Origin: Wolbachia endosymbiont of Cimex lectularius
GTDB lineage: Bacteria; Pseudomonadota; Alphaproteobacteria; Rickettsiales; Anaplasmataceae
DNA length: 32,000 bases
Direction: 5' to 3'
Assembly: GCF_000829315.1 (NCBI RefSeq)
Contig: NZ_AP013028.1
Coordinates: 600,001-632,000 of the forward strand
Shown: positions 9,239-18,966 of the stretch, piece by piece
Layout of the letters: each line of letters starts with the position of its first letter
Numbering within the stretch: the first letter of the stretch is position 1
Program-made: the position numbers and the translations under genes
Notes under the pieces: model-generated
Seen by the model: only the letters and a program-made list of their open reading frames with translations
The model's database searches: none
Told to the model about the DNA's origin: nothing

Positions 9239-10588
9239 GTTTAATACCTTTAGAATTGTAATAATAATCTATTGTGTTCGAGACTTCCCTTCTCAGTAGA
9301 TATATTGCAACAGCATTTGGAATCATAAGACACATAAACAAACTGTCGCCTAAATAAGATATAAATTCTATATTTTTTGACATACAACTGATATACACCG
9401 AACCCACTATAAGAACTTGGAACAATATCAGTACTTTTTTGCTACCAAATAAGTACAGCAAAGCAACTTCACAGTAGTAACAATAAGCTATTATCGTGGA
9501 AAATGCAAAGGAAAACATTATCAGCGGGAGAGCTAACTTGCTAAATAAAGGCAAGGCTGTTGAAAATGCCGAGCTAACCAATGTAATATCACCCACGTTA
9601 TCAGTACTATGCATACCAGTGATAATTATTACAATGCCAGTCAAAAATGAGACTAATATTGTGTCTACAAATGGTGCAATCATTGCAACACTTCCAACCT
9701 TAATTGGGTCTTCCTCTTTCACATCTGAATGTGCTATGGCTGCTGTTCCGGTACCTGCTTCGTTAGCAAATACCGATCTTCTAACTCCGGCTATTAATCC
9801 ACTCAGCACCCACCTCCTATGGCTGATTTGTTAAAGATATCTTGAAATGTTATAGATAGAGCATTCAGCAGATTATTTCCGTTTACACAGACTGAATACA
9901 CACACATACCTATATACAACACTATCATAATTGGTGCTAAACCCGTTGAAACGAAAGCAATTCGTTTTATTCCTCCCAGTATTACAATCAAGACAAGCAG
10001 CGATATAATAATAGACGCGTTATATTCAAAGAGGTTGTTTGACAATGCTGCAATTTGATTTGCTTGAAATGGTATGCCACCCAAAATCATCGCAATAAGT
10101 AACATAATTGCATAAGTGAATGCAATAAACTTACCAGTCCTGACAAATCCAATCTTAGCAAGTCCGTACTTCATGTAACAAAAAGCCCCGCCAGTTGAGT
10201 TTTCAGAGCGATAATTGAATGCAAGCACCACTTCAGCAAATTTTATCGACATGCCAAGTATTCCAGTAATTATCATCCAAAAAATTGCACTTGGGCCCCC
10301 TATTGTGATAGCTATAGCAACTCCTGATATTGTCCCAAGACCAACTGTTCCTGAAATTACTGTTGCAAACGCTTGAATATGAGTGATTATACTGTCGTTA
10401 TGATTACATTTTAGGTTGAATAGCGTTTGTATTCCATGCTTGAATAACCTAAAGTTAGTAAATTTGAACTGAACCGTACAAAAAACTCCAGTTGCAATCA
10501 CCCAAATAATTATAAATGGAATGTTAAATATCTTTACGTACAGAAATGAATTTAATAGTTCACTTATTTTTATAACCGTGCTACTCAC
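9228..10588 (-). pseudogene. Sodium:alanine symporter paralog, split by a frameshift at ~9807-9811
   Basis: ORFs 9803-10588 (N part, ends '...AIGGGC*') and 9228-9809 (C part, '(V)LSGLIAGVRRSVFANEAGTGTAAIAHS') are colinear with the intact neighbour ('AVGGGVVGAFVAGIQRAIFASEAGVGSASITHA'). The frames differ by one nucleotide within GGAGGTGGGTGCTGA. Confidence 0.85.
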
Positions 10589-10610
10589 TACTTTTCATTA
10601 CGATTTTTAG

Positions 10611-11381
10611 CTAACGAGCTTTATACGTGTAATATATATAGAGCCCGATGCTTACTGGAATAGTCAGCGTATATATTACACCTAGAATTGGCAGAGTAAT
10701 CCAAGGCTTACTGACAAAGAATACGATAAATACTCCAAAGAGTGACACAAATATATAAGATAGGCTACTGGAAATATAAATGTACTTTGCAGAGAAAGTT
10801 GGAATATGGCTGACCGAAAAAAATGAGATAGCTAAAAAGTAACAAGCTGTATTTCTTATGTTAAAAAATTGCTCCATAAAAAGTAAGTATTCACTTTCAT
10901 GAGATTGAAAGGTAATGATTATTGGCAATAAAGAAAGTAAAGCACATATCGGTGCTGGAACACCAGAAAAGAAGAATTTTTCCCAGTCAAGTTGTTCTGC
11001 ATTCAACGATACATTAAACCTTGCAAGCCTTATCGAAATGCAGATGACATATATCATTACTAATATCCACCCTATAACTTTGATTTCCTTTAACTTCCAA
11101 AAATATAAAAGAAACGCAGGTGCCGCACCAAAATTTAGAAAATCTGCAAAAGAATCAAGCTGCGCTCCAAAATCACTAGTTGATTTTAGAATTCTGGCTA
11201 TTCTGCCATCCATTCCATCTATAATTGCTGCAATGATAATAAAAATTACTGCAAACTCCCACTGTTCATTAAATGTAAATTTAAGCGAAGTAAGACCAGA
11301 GCATAAACCCAATAAAGTTATAAAATTTGGGAATAACTTGGCAACAGGTAAAGACCTACTGTTACTGCCATTACTGCTCAT
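10611..11381 (-). CDS. pssA: CDP-diacylglycerol--serine O-phosphatidyltransferase
   Basis: CDP-alcohol phosphatidyltransferase motif D-G-x2-A-R-x8-G-x3-D-x3-D seen as '[23 protein letters not shown]'. Polytopic membrane protein. Overlaps psd by 4 nt (operon). Confidence 0.87.
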   Translation of the reverse strand: MSSNGSNSRSLPVAKLFPNFITLLGLCSGLTSLKFTFNEQWEFAVIFIIIAAIIDGMDGRIARILKSTSDFGAQLDSFADFLNFGAAPAFLLYFWKLKEIKVIGWILVMIYVICISIRLARFNVSLNAEQLDWEKFFFSGVPAPICALLSLLPIIITFQSHESEYLLFMEQFFNIRNTACYFLAISFFSVSHIPTFSAKYIYISSSLSYIFVSLFGVFIVFFVSKPWITLPILGVIYTLTIPVSIGLYIYYTYKAR

Positions 11382-12070
11382 ATGACATCAAAAGTAAGCT
11401 TTTCTTTAGCACTTTCCTTATTCAAATTTGCTATAATTGTTTCACCACCAACAACAGTTTGTCCTTCTGAGACTCTTATTTCTATATCAGCAGGAATGTA
11501 AATATTTACCCTACTGCCAAACCTTATAATTCCAAACCTTTCACCTGCTTTTACGTTTTGAGACACTCTTAAATTACAAACGATACGACGTGCAATTAAC
11601 CCAGCTATTTGCTCTACAATAATTTCTTTCCCCTTTTCATACTCAACCACAATAACTTGCTTTTCGTTTTCGTTACTAGACCTATTGTTCATTGCAGATA
11701 CAAACTTGCCTTTCTTATAGTGCATTTCCTTTACTGTACCAGATATTGGTATACGATTCACATGCACATCCAAAACACTCAAGAATATGCTAACAAGCGT
11801 GAATTTCTTCTCTTCTTTGTCTTCTGCTGATAAAGGGTAACTCACTTCTTCAATTTTCGAAATCACACCGTCTGCAGGACTTAGTACAAGGTCTTTATTG
11901 CCTGGAACAACCCTTGCTGGATCACGAAAGAAATAAGTGCACAATAACGTTGGAAACAAGCATATAACGCCAAAACCCCAAGATATAGAGAATGCTATAC
12001 ATGTTACTATAAAAGAAACCACTATAAACAAATAACCTTCCTTGTTTATATTAGGTAAACTAAAACACAT
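11378..12070 (-). CDS. psd: Phosphatidylserine decarboxylase proenzyme (short type)
   Basis: 230-aa ORF with an N-terminal TM segment, '[10 protein letters not shown]', and the self-cleavage-type 'RFGSRV' motif near the C-terminus. Adjacent to pssA. Confidence 0.85.
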   Translation of the reverse strand: MCFSLPNINKEGYLFIVVSFIVTCIAFSISWGFGVICLFPTLLCTYFFRDPARVVPGNKDLVLSPADGVISKIEEVSYPLSAEDKEEKKFTLVSIFLSVLDVHVNRIPISGTVKEMHYKKGKFVSAMNNRSSNENEKQVIVVEYEKGKEIIVEQIAGLIARRIVCNLRVSQNVKAGERFGIIRFGSRVNIYIPADIEIRVSEGQTVVGGETIIANLNKESAKEKLTFDVI

Positions 12071-12300
12071 AATCTTAATAATAATAATCTGTTATTGACA
12101 ACTTATCATTTATCACTCCTCACGGGAAGTTTTTTTTAACTGCTTCAAAAAGCTTTTTGATACGAGTTAATATTGTAAATTGTTATATTGTAGCCAAAGT
12201 AGCTTAGGTTCATCGACGATTTGATATCTTGCTCTTCATTAGCAGAATCTATGCGAAGATACTGCGGCGGTACGATGATTGTGTCCAAACTTCAGCTAAA

Positions 12301-13368
12301 TCAGAAAACTGATTCTTCTAAAAGCTGCTCGCTTTCTTCTTCCATCGCAATAGAGTTACCGTGATTTCTAAATAAATCTCTGATTTTAGTTTCTATTTCA
12401 TTGGCAACTTCTTTGTTTGTCTTGAGGTAATTTTTTACATTCTCCCTTCCTTGCCCAAGACGTGTGTTATTGTATGAATAATAAGCACCTGCTTTTTCAA
12501 GCACACCAAGTTTTGCTCCTATATCTATCATCTCTCCGAGTTTTGATATACCTTCATTGTACATTATATCAAACTTTGCTTCTCTAAATGGAGGAGCGAC
12601 TTTATTTTTTACAACTTTAACTCTCGTTTCGTTGCCCGTGATATTCTCTTTATCCTTTATTGCACCAATTTTTCTTATATCAAGCCTTATAGAAGTGTAA
12701 AATTTCAACGCATTCCCACCGGTGGTAGTTTCGGGGTTTCCATACACTACTCCTATTTTCATACGGATTTGATTAATAAATATCAGTATACAGTTCGCTT
12801 TTGAAACTGCGGAAGTTAGTTTCCTGAGCCCATGACTTAGAAGTCTTGCTTGCAATCCCATGTGCTGATCACCCATATCTCCTTCAATTTCAGCCCTTGG
12901 AGTTAATGCTGCAACAGAGTCAACAACTATCACATCAACTGCACCAGAGCACACTAAATACTCAACGATATGTAACGCTTGTTCTCCAGTGTCTGGTTGC
13001 GAGATTACCAAATCATCAGTATTTACTCCAAGCTTACGGGCATATATGACATCTAATGCATGCTCTGCATCGATAAATGCACATAATCCCCCTTTCTTCT
13101 GAGCTTCAGCAATTACATGCAAAGCAAGAGTGGTTTTACCAGAACTCTCAGGACCAAATATCTCGATTATACGTCCTTTTGGCAATCCCCCAACACCTAG
13201 TGCTGAATCAAGCGCAATTGACCCTGTGGATATTGTATCTATCTTTTCTACAGGATTCTGCTTTAGCTTCATTATGGCGCCTTTACCGAATGCTTTTTCA
13301 ATTTGGCTTATTGCGTTATCTAGCGCTTTTTGCTTATCATTATTTTTTTCTTCTGGGTTGCTTGCCAT
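12301..13368 (-). CDS. recA: Recombinase RecA
   Basis: Unmistakable RecA sequence: '[20 protein letters not shown]' (Walker A), '[10 protein letters not shown]', '[20 protein letters not shown]', '[29 protein letters not shown]'. Confidence 0.98.
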   Translation of the reverse strand: MASNPEEKNNDKQKALDNAISQIEKAFGKGAIMKLKQNPVEKIDTISTGSIALDSALGVGGLPKGRIIEIFGPESSGKTTLALHVIAEAQKKGGLCAFIDAEHALDVIYARKLGVNTDDLVISQPDTGEQALHIVEYLVCSGAVDVIVVDSVAALTPRAEIEGDMGDQHMGLQARLLSHGLRKLTSAVSKANCILIFINQIRMKIGVVYGNPETTTGGNALKFYTSIRLDIRKIGAIKDKENITGNETRVKVVKNKVAPPFREAKFDIMYNEGISKLGEMIDIGAKLGVLEKAGAYYSYNNTRLGQGRENVKNYLKTNKEVANEIETKIRDLFRNHGNSIAMEEESEQLLEESVF

Positions 13369-13459
13369 AGGTCATTTATTAATTTATATAAATTCCATGA
13401 TAATCGAACATGAACAACCTGCCAAGGGTTTTTTAATAACGAAAAATGTTGACGCTTTA

Positions 13460-13852
13460 AAAACAAAAAAACTACTTGACAACCTTCGCCGTCACCTTTA
13501 TAATGATACTGAAGCCATTTGTTTATCTTCGTAATCTGTGCACCTCATGTCTTCATAAAATTCTGGTTTTTACCTATACAAGCTGAAACGCGCTTATAAG
13601 TCGTTTAAGACAGTATAGAACGTCAAATAGACAAGGGAGAATTTGAATACTAGCTGCCCTAGAGTTTTTTTGCTCTTTTTCCTGCTTAGTAAAATTCTTA
13701 ACGTTTATAGTTTTGGCTATTTACATTTAAAAGTAGCTGAATCGTAGCGCTGAGAATAAAAACGCCGATATTTGAGGTACATATAAATAATTAGCCACCG
13801 ACCAGGGCTTCTTTTGCTTTTTTTCTCGCTTGGTAAATTTTTTAATATTTAT
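13460..13852 (+). repeat. Promoter-bearing intergenic repeat, copy B (plus orientation; ~50-bp internal deletion relative to copies A and C)
   Basis: TTGACA (13476-13481), 17 nt, TATAAT (13499-13504). Downstream sequence aligns with copy C and with the rc of copy A, including '...TACAAGCTGAAACGCGCTTATAAGTCGTTTAAGACA...'. The two tail modules end in TAGTAAAATTCTTAA and TGGTAAATTTTTTAA. Confidence 0.8.
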
Positions 13853-13944
13853 TACTAAAGTAGTATCCTGGATCTCAGTGTCAGCTACTTAGATGACACC
13901 CTGAAGATTCAAAAAACCGTCATTCCGCTACGTGTTAGCGGTTG

Positions 13945-13996
13945 AGATACTTCAAGTATTCTGTGGTTGCGTTTCTCCTAAAAATTCCTCATCATA
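13945..13996. repeat. ~50-bp conserved repeat containing the palindrome ATACTTCAAGTAT (copy 1)
   Basis: 'GATACTTCAAGTATTCTGTGGTTGCGTTTCTCCTAAAAATTCCTCATCATAA' nearly matches 17504-17555. It overlaps the pth stop codon. Confidence 0.7.
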
Positions 13997-14543
13997 ATGC
14001 AAGAGATCTAATAAAAGCTGTATTATCTTCTTGCAGCATTAAGTGTATGTTTTTTGCTATTTTTTCTACTAAGTGGGTGGCGTTGTCGAGATTTGCAAAT
14101 TTGGACAATACGTAATCCGCTAGATCTCTTTGATCATTGGGCCTGCCTATTCCAAATCTCAGGCGCCAATAATCATTACCAATAAAACTGTCTATAGATT
14201 TAAGTCCATTATGTCCAGCAGAGCTGCCACCCTTCTTTATTTTTATTCTTCCAAGTTCTAGATCAGCATCATCATGTATAACAATGATATTATCTAGCGA
14301 AAATTTGTAAAAGTTTCGTATTTTTGCAACAGAGATACCTGAGTTATTCATAAACGAATAAGGCTTTAGCAATATAGTTTTACTTTCATTGATTATGTCA
14401 GAGGTTGTCAGGTAATCGGCTTTTTTAGAGAACGGCTGAAAATTCCAACACTTGCAAATTGCATCAATAATGATGAAGCCAATATTATGATAAGTTAGCT
14501 CATATTGGCTACCTGGATTACCAAGCCCAACTATCAAATACAC
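13992..14543 (-). CDS. pth: Peptidyl-tRNA hydrolase
   Basis: 'MYLIVGLGNPG..Y..T.HNIGF', 'KPYSFMNNSG' and 'GGSSAGHNGLKSI' are canonical Pth motifs. Confidence 0.94.
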   Translation of the reverse strand: MYLIVGLGNPGSQYELTYHNIGFIIIDAICKCWNFQPFSKKADYLTTSDIINESKTILLKPYSFMNNSGISVAKIRNFYKFSLDNIIVIHDDADLELGRIKIKKGGSSAGHNGLKSIDSFIGNDYWRLRFGIGRPNDQRDLADYVLSKFANLDNATHLVEKIAKNIHLMLQEDNTAFIRSLAL

Positions 14544-15154
14544 TATGCCTCTATCTCTGCTTGAGGTTCTTCAACGTTACTATCGGCAGCAGAGATTGTA
14601 ACAACAGTGAAGTTTTCTTCCTCGTGTGCTGCAAGTTTAACTCCTTCTGGCAATTTTACATCATTTATGTGTATAGACTGGCCGATCATTTTACCAGATA
14701 AATCGACTTCTATAGCCTGAGGTATTTTATCAGGAAAGCATTTGACAGTAATAGAACGACATAAAACATTAAGCACTCCACCTAGCTTGATTCCTGGAGA
14801 TTTGCTTTCGTTTATAAATGATAAAGGTATGTCTATTTTGATTTCACTGCCTTTATCAACAAATTGAAAATCAACATGTTGCACAGTATCCTTTACCACA
14901 TGCCATTGAATATCGCGAACAAGAGCATATTCTTTTTTACCTGAAATGTTCAATTCTATCACATGTGCAGGAAGGGAACCTGATTTATATTGTTTCGTGA
15001 ATTCCTTTGAGGACAATGTTAAATTTACATTATCATGTCCTTTACCGTATATAACTGCAGGTATATATCCTTTCTTTCTCAGAGAATACATCGCTTTTGT
15101 TTTTGTTACATCACGTAATTCTGCATTAATAGTTACCATTTCTTGTTGCGCCAT
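14543..15154 (-). CDS. rplY: 50S ribosomal protein L25 / general stress protein Ctc
   Basis: 203-aa ORF. 'LRKKGYIPAVIYGKG' and 'VQHVDFQ' are typical of L25/Ctc. It lies immediately upstream of pth, the conserved gene pair. Confidence 0.9.
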   Translation of the reverse strand: MAQQEMVTINAELRDVTKTKAMYSLRKKGYIPAVIYGKGHDNVNLTLSSKEFTKQYKSGSLPAHVIELNISGKKEYALVRDIQWHVVKDTVQHVDFQFVDKGSEIKIDIPLSFINESKSPGIKLGGVLNVLCRSITVKCFPDKIPQAIEVDLSGKMIGQSIHINDVKLPEGVKLAAHEEENFTVVTISAADSNVEEPQAEIEA

Positions 15155-15402
15155 CGATTACTCCTACTCAATTAATCTTTTTAATATAATTTAGTATATA
15201 ACATAAAAATGTTTATTTCAAACTTCATTACTCGCAGTACGTGTAAAAGATTTATAAGATACACGTATTACATATGAAAATATTGTTTAATTAATATAGT
15301 CTATTAATGAACAAGATAGTCAAGCAAATAGCATGACATTTAATAAAAAACTAACCATTGGGAATGTAAAATTATAATATATTAATTAGCTAAGGGGTAA
15401 AA

Positions 15403-15909
15403 ATGTCAACAAATTGGTTTCATGATTTTTTTTTCGGTTCTAATGAATCGGCAATAGAAGCACTAGAAAAACTTCAAAAGATGGATGCTGAGCAGTTTCA
15501 AAAGGTGTTTAGTGCGTTAAAAAAATTGCAAGAAGGTCAGCAGTTTAACGCTGAGCAGATCCAAATCGCATTTAGCAGATTAGAGGAATTGCAAAAAGGT
15601 CAATTGTTCAACACTGAGCAGATTTAAAGTATGCAAGAGCACTTAAACAGTTTGCAAGAAAGACTCGCAAATGTGGAAAAAAAAGTGGAAATACTTACAG
15701 ACACAGTAGCAGAACAAGAAAAAATAATGCTGACTTGTTGTATCGTAGCAAGTGTTATTGCTATAGCGGCAATTAGTTTTATTGGCTTCTGCATCTACCA
15801 GGGAATTAAGAGTGAAAGGGAGAAGCAAAAGGGCTTGTTAGATACATCAGACATGGAACTTGATAATTCAAGTAAATTAACCAGACACAAAACTTTATGT
15901 AGATGTTAG
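15403..15909 (+). pseudogene. Repeat/coiled-coil membrane-anchored protein gene interrupted by one in-frame TAA (15625-15627)
   Basis: ORFs 15403-15627 and 15631-15909 are in the same frame, separated only by TAA-AGT. The N part has three ~21-aa tandem repeats ('LQ.GQ.FNAEQIQ.AFS'). The stop aligns with a CAA (Gln) codon of the preceding repeat. The C part has a coiled coil and the TM helix 'LTCCIVASVIAIAAISFIGFCIY'. Confidence 0.6.
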
Positions 15910-15974
15910 CAGTGCCGAAGAACTACCGAAAAACACATCGATGATGCCAGACTGAATAATATTCTTCATTGCAA

Positions 15975-15999
15975 AGGTGTTACATAACTTGTAACACCT
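15975..15999 (+). terminator. Perfect 10-bp stem / 5-nt loop hairpin downstream of the 15403-15909 ORF (no U-tract)
   Basis: AGGTGTTACA-taact-TGTAACACCT, ~65 nt after the stop at 15909. It is not followed by a T-run, so intrinsic-terminator function is uncertain. Confidence 0.3.
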
Positions 16000-16113
16000 C
16001 ATAATCCGAATTAAGGTAATCCAAGATCTTCAGCTACACAGTTCGCATTTTAATTTGGTTGTGTTTTATTAAAAAAAACTTTAGATTTACTTCATAATCA
16101 GCACTGTGATTTG

Positions 16114-17454
16114 ATGACTAAAACTTGGAATTTATTGCAAACAGGGCAGAAAGAAGGCTACAAAATTGCATATACAAACGTTCGTATTATCGATCCAGAA
16201 ACTAAACTCGATATAAAGGGTTCACTGTTAACTGAGGGAAATAAAATCGTTGATTTTGGTGAGTCGTTATTTTCAAATGGAGTTCCAAGTGGGATTGACG
16301 AGACAACAGACTGTGAAGGACTTGTTCTCATGCCAGGCCTTATTGACATTCACGTGCATTTTCGTGAACCAGGTCAGGAGCATAAGGAAACTATACACAC
16401 AGGTAGCAAATCTGCTGCTGCAGGGGGTGTTACGACTGTGGTTTGCCAGCCTAACACTGCTCCGGCAATTGATAGCGTTGTTTTGGCTCAATATTTGAAA
16501 TATAGAGCACTTGAAACTTCACATGTAAACGTTGAGTTTTACGCTAAAATCACCACTTCAGAAGAAAAGTTGACTGAAATGGCACTTTTAAAGGAAGCAG
16601 GTGCAGTTGGGTTTACTGACGATGGTATGCCAGTTATGAATCCAATGATTATGAGGCAGGCGCTACTTTATTCAAGTATGCTGGGTGTTCCGATTGCTCA
16701 GCATGCGGAAGATTTAAATTTATCAGCAGGCGGTGCAATCAATGAAGGCAAGATCTCTGAGGAATTGGGAGTAAAGGGAATTTTAAGTGCATCAGAATCG
16801 GTCATGGTAAGTCGCGATATACTGCTCATGAAAGATATGGAAAACGTGCACTATCACATTTTACACGTTTCTGCAAAAGATTCACTCGACGCTATTAAGC
16901 GTGCAAAAGACTTAGGACTGAATGTTACATGCGAAGTAACGCCTCATCACTTCACTTTAACTGAAGATATAGTGAAACAACATGGAGCAATTGCAAAAAT
17001 GAATCCACCACTTCGCACTGAGGAAGATCGATTGGCTATGATTGAAGGTTTAAAAACAGGTGTGATTGATTGCATTGCAACTGATCACGCGCCACATGAT
17101 CGTAGTTCAAAAGATCTGCCACTTGAGAACGCTGCATTTGGTATCGTAGGTCTTGAGACAATGCTACCTCTTTCACTTGAACTTTACCACAGTGGACAAA
17201 TGAGCCTATTTGACGTACTTGTAAAATTGACATACAAACCTGCGGATATAATACACATGCCACGCGGTCGTATACAAAAAAACCTTGCTGCAGACTTAAT
17301 TTTAGTTGATCTAAATTACGAATGGGAAATTAAAATTGACAACTTTGCTAGTAAATCAAAAAATTCTCCTTTTGATGGGCGCAAGGTAAAAGGACACGTA
17401 GTACGCACTATTGTGTCCGGCAAAACTGTGTACTTGCATAGATCTCTTGCATAA
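16114..17454 (+). CDS. pyrC: Dihydroorotase
   Basis: Amidohydrolase signature 'PGLIDIHVHFREPG', 'HILHVS', 'TCEVTPHH' and 'ATDHAPH'. ATG at 16114 (the track ORF starts one codon earlier at TTG). Confidence 0.9.
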   Translation: MTKTWNLLQTGQKEGYKIAYTNVRIIDPETKLDIKGSLLTEGNKIVDFGESLFSNGVPSGIDETTDCEGLVLMPGLIDIHVHFREPGQEHKETIHTGSKSAAAGGVTTVVCQPNTAPAIDSVVLAQYLKYRALETSHVNVEFYAKITTSEEKLTEMALLKEAGAVGFTDDGMPVMNPMIMRQALLYSSMLGVPIAQHAEDLNLSAGGAINEGKISEELGVKGILSASESVMVSRDILLMKDMENVHYHILHVSAKDSLDAIKRAKDLGLNVTCEVTPHHFTLTEDIVKQHGAIAKMNPPLRTEEDRLAMIEGLKTGVIDCIATDHAPHDRSSKDLPLENAAFGIVGLETMLPLSLELYHSGQMSLFDVLVKLTYKPADIIHMPRGRIQKNLAADLILVDLNYEWEIKIDNFASKSKNSPFDGRKVKGHVVRTIVSGKTVYLHRSLA

Positions 17455-17503
17455 CCTGCTTTCTGATGGTAATTTCTGCGTCAAAACTTGCTTACGCTCC
17501 TCA

Positions 17504-17555
17504 AATACTTCAAGTATTATGCGGTTGCGTTTCTCCTAAAAATTCCTCACCATAA
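17504..17555. repeat. ~50-bp conserved repeat containing ATACTTCAAGTAT (copy 2)
   Basis: 'AATACTTCAAGTATTATGCGGTTGCGTTTCTCCTAAAAATTCCTCACCATAA' lies between the convergent 3' ends of pyrC and the SurA-like gene. Near-identical to 13945-13996. Confidence 0.7.
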
Positions 17556-17607
17556 ATTGGTTACGCAAGGATCTAATGATATGTCCGCTCGGAAGTCCTA
17601 GTTTCGG

Positions 17608-18753
17608 TTAACTATATCGATAACTGACAGCTGCATTTTTACGCATATCATCCAGTAGCAAGTTGCTTTGTATCATAATCTTTTGTTGGCATATCTGCTG
17701 TTTAATAGCTTCTGTATCTGCCGTATTGCTTTTAATATCACACAACATCATTAACCTTGCAGTGCTATTTTCTCTGAATTCTACTATTTCGTTTACCCCT
17801 GTTTTACTAAATAAAGCCTGTAAATTAGGGTTTAAATCCCGCATCTTTATTTCAAATTCTTTTGCATTTGGCAATTTAAGATTATCTGCCAATTTATCAA
17901 AATTCAAACAATTGACTTTCTGCTCTTTGAGATCATCTAATGAACTTTCAGAACTTTTAACCACGACCTGTTTTAATTTTAAAGTGCTTTCCAGTAGTGT
18001 ATGATCGAGTTGTACTTTATCTATTACTTTTACAATAGAGTAACCTTCGCTAAGACTGACTGGACCTGCTATGTCACCAGTCTCTAGTCCTTCTAAAGCG
18101 CTCTTAAGGTTGCCTTTCAATTGATTCAAATTAACTGTTGCTTTACGCATCTTTATTGGAGGTTCTGGAGTAAAGTCATTATTACTATTGTGTAATTTTT
18201 TCGCCAAATCTTCGGCTATACTCTTGTCTTTCTGATCAGGAATTATAAACTCTTGAAACGTGATAAGGTAATCTGGCTTTTCTATTTGTCCTTTTGCATC
18301 GTTTACTTCCTTGTCGCTTATATTGATAAATGGTACGATTCTTGTTTCAATAATTTTGCCCCACAAAAGCTGACATTTTATTTGTTTTTTTAAGATGTCA
18401 AGGTCTATATCATGTTCTTTTATATATTGATCAATTTCATCATCCTTAATTTTAAAGCTTTGAGTTAGAAATGACACGACGGCGTCATTTAACTCTTCAT
18501 CACTCAATTTTATATTTAATCTTTGCGCCTCATTGATAATAATAATTTCGTCTATTAGCTGCCTCAGAATTTGAAGCCTTAGCTCCTTTCCATTTTGAGT
18601 GTGAAACAGTGAATTTATCAGATTAACGCGTTTTTCAATATCTAAATTTGAAATTGGTTCACCATTTACATCTGCAATAATTTCAATCTCAACCGCAAGC
18701 AACTTAATTGGCAATATTATCAACAATAAAATTAGTATTTTACGCATAAGCAA
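17608..18753 (-). CDS. SurA-like periplasmic chaperone / parvulin-family peptidyl-prolyl isomerase
   Basis: 381-aa ORF with a signal-peptide-like N-terminus ('MRKILILLLIILPIKLLA'), a SurA N-domain-like 'VNGEPISNLDIEKR' and a parvulin-like 'GDIAGPVSLSEGYSIVKV'. Confidence 0.7.
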   Translation of the reverse strand: MLMRKILILLLIILPIKLLAVEIEIIADVNGEPISNLDIEKRVNLINSLFHTQNGKELRLQILRQLIDEIIIINEAQRLNIKLSDEELNDAVVSFLTQSFKIKDDEIDQYIKEHDIDLDILKKQIKCQLLWGKIIETRIVPFINISDKEVNDAKGQIEKPDYLITFQEFIIPDQKDKSIAEDLAKKLHNSNNDFTPEPPIKMRKATVNLNQLKGNLKSALEGLETGDIAGPVSLSEGYSIVKVIDKVQLDHTLLESTLKLKQVVVKSSESSLDDLKEQKVNCLNFDKLADNLKLPNAKEFEIKMRDLNPNLQALFSKTGVNEIVEFRENSTARLMMLCDIKSNTADTEAIKQQICQQKIMIQSNLLLDDMRKNAAVSYRYS

Positions 18754-18966
18754 TAGTTAATAATCAATTCTATAATAAATATTAAGTTAATACTAGCCAA
18801 TAGGTGACTTTTTTTGTGTAATATATCCATAGATGTCTTTAATTTATTAACATAGTAGTGCTACGTTAATACAAATTAATAAAATAAATAAAAATTTTGA
18901 GCGCTTTCAAATTAGGTGTTTTGGTTTCTTAAGTGTAGCATTGCTAAGGAATAAACTGGTTTATGT

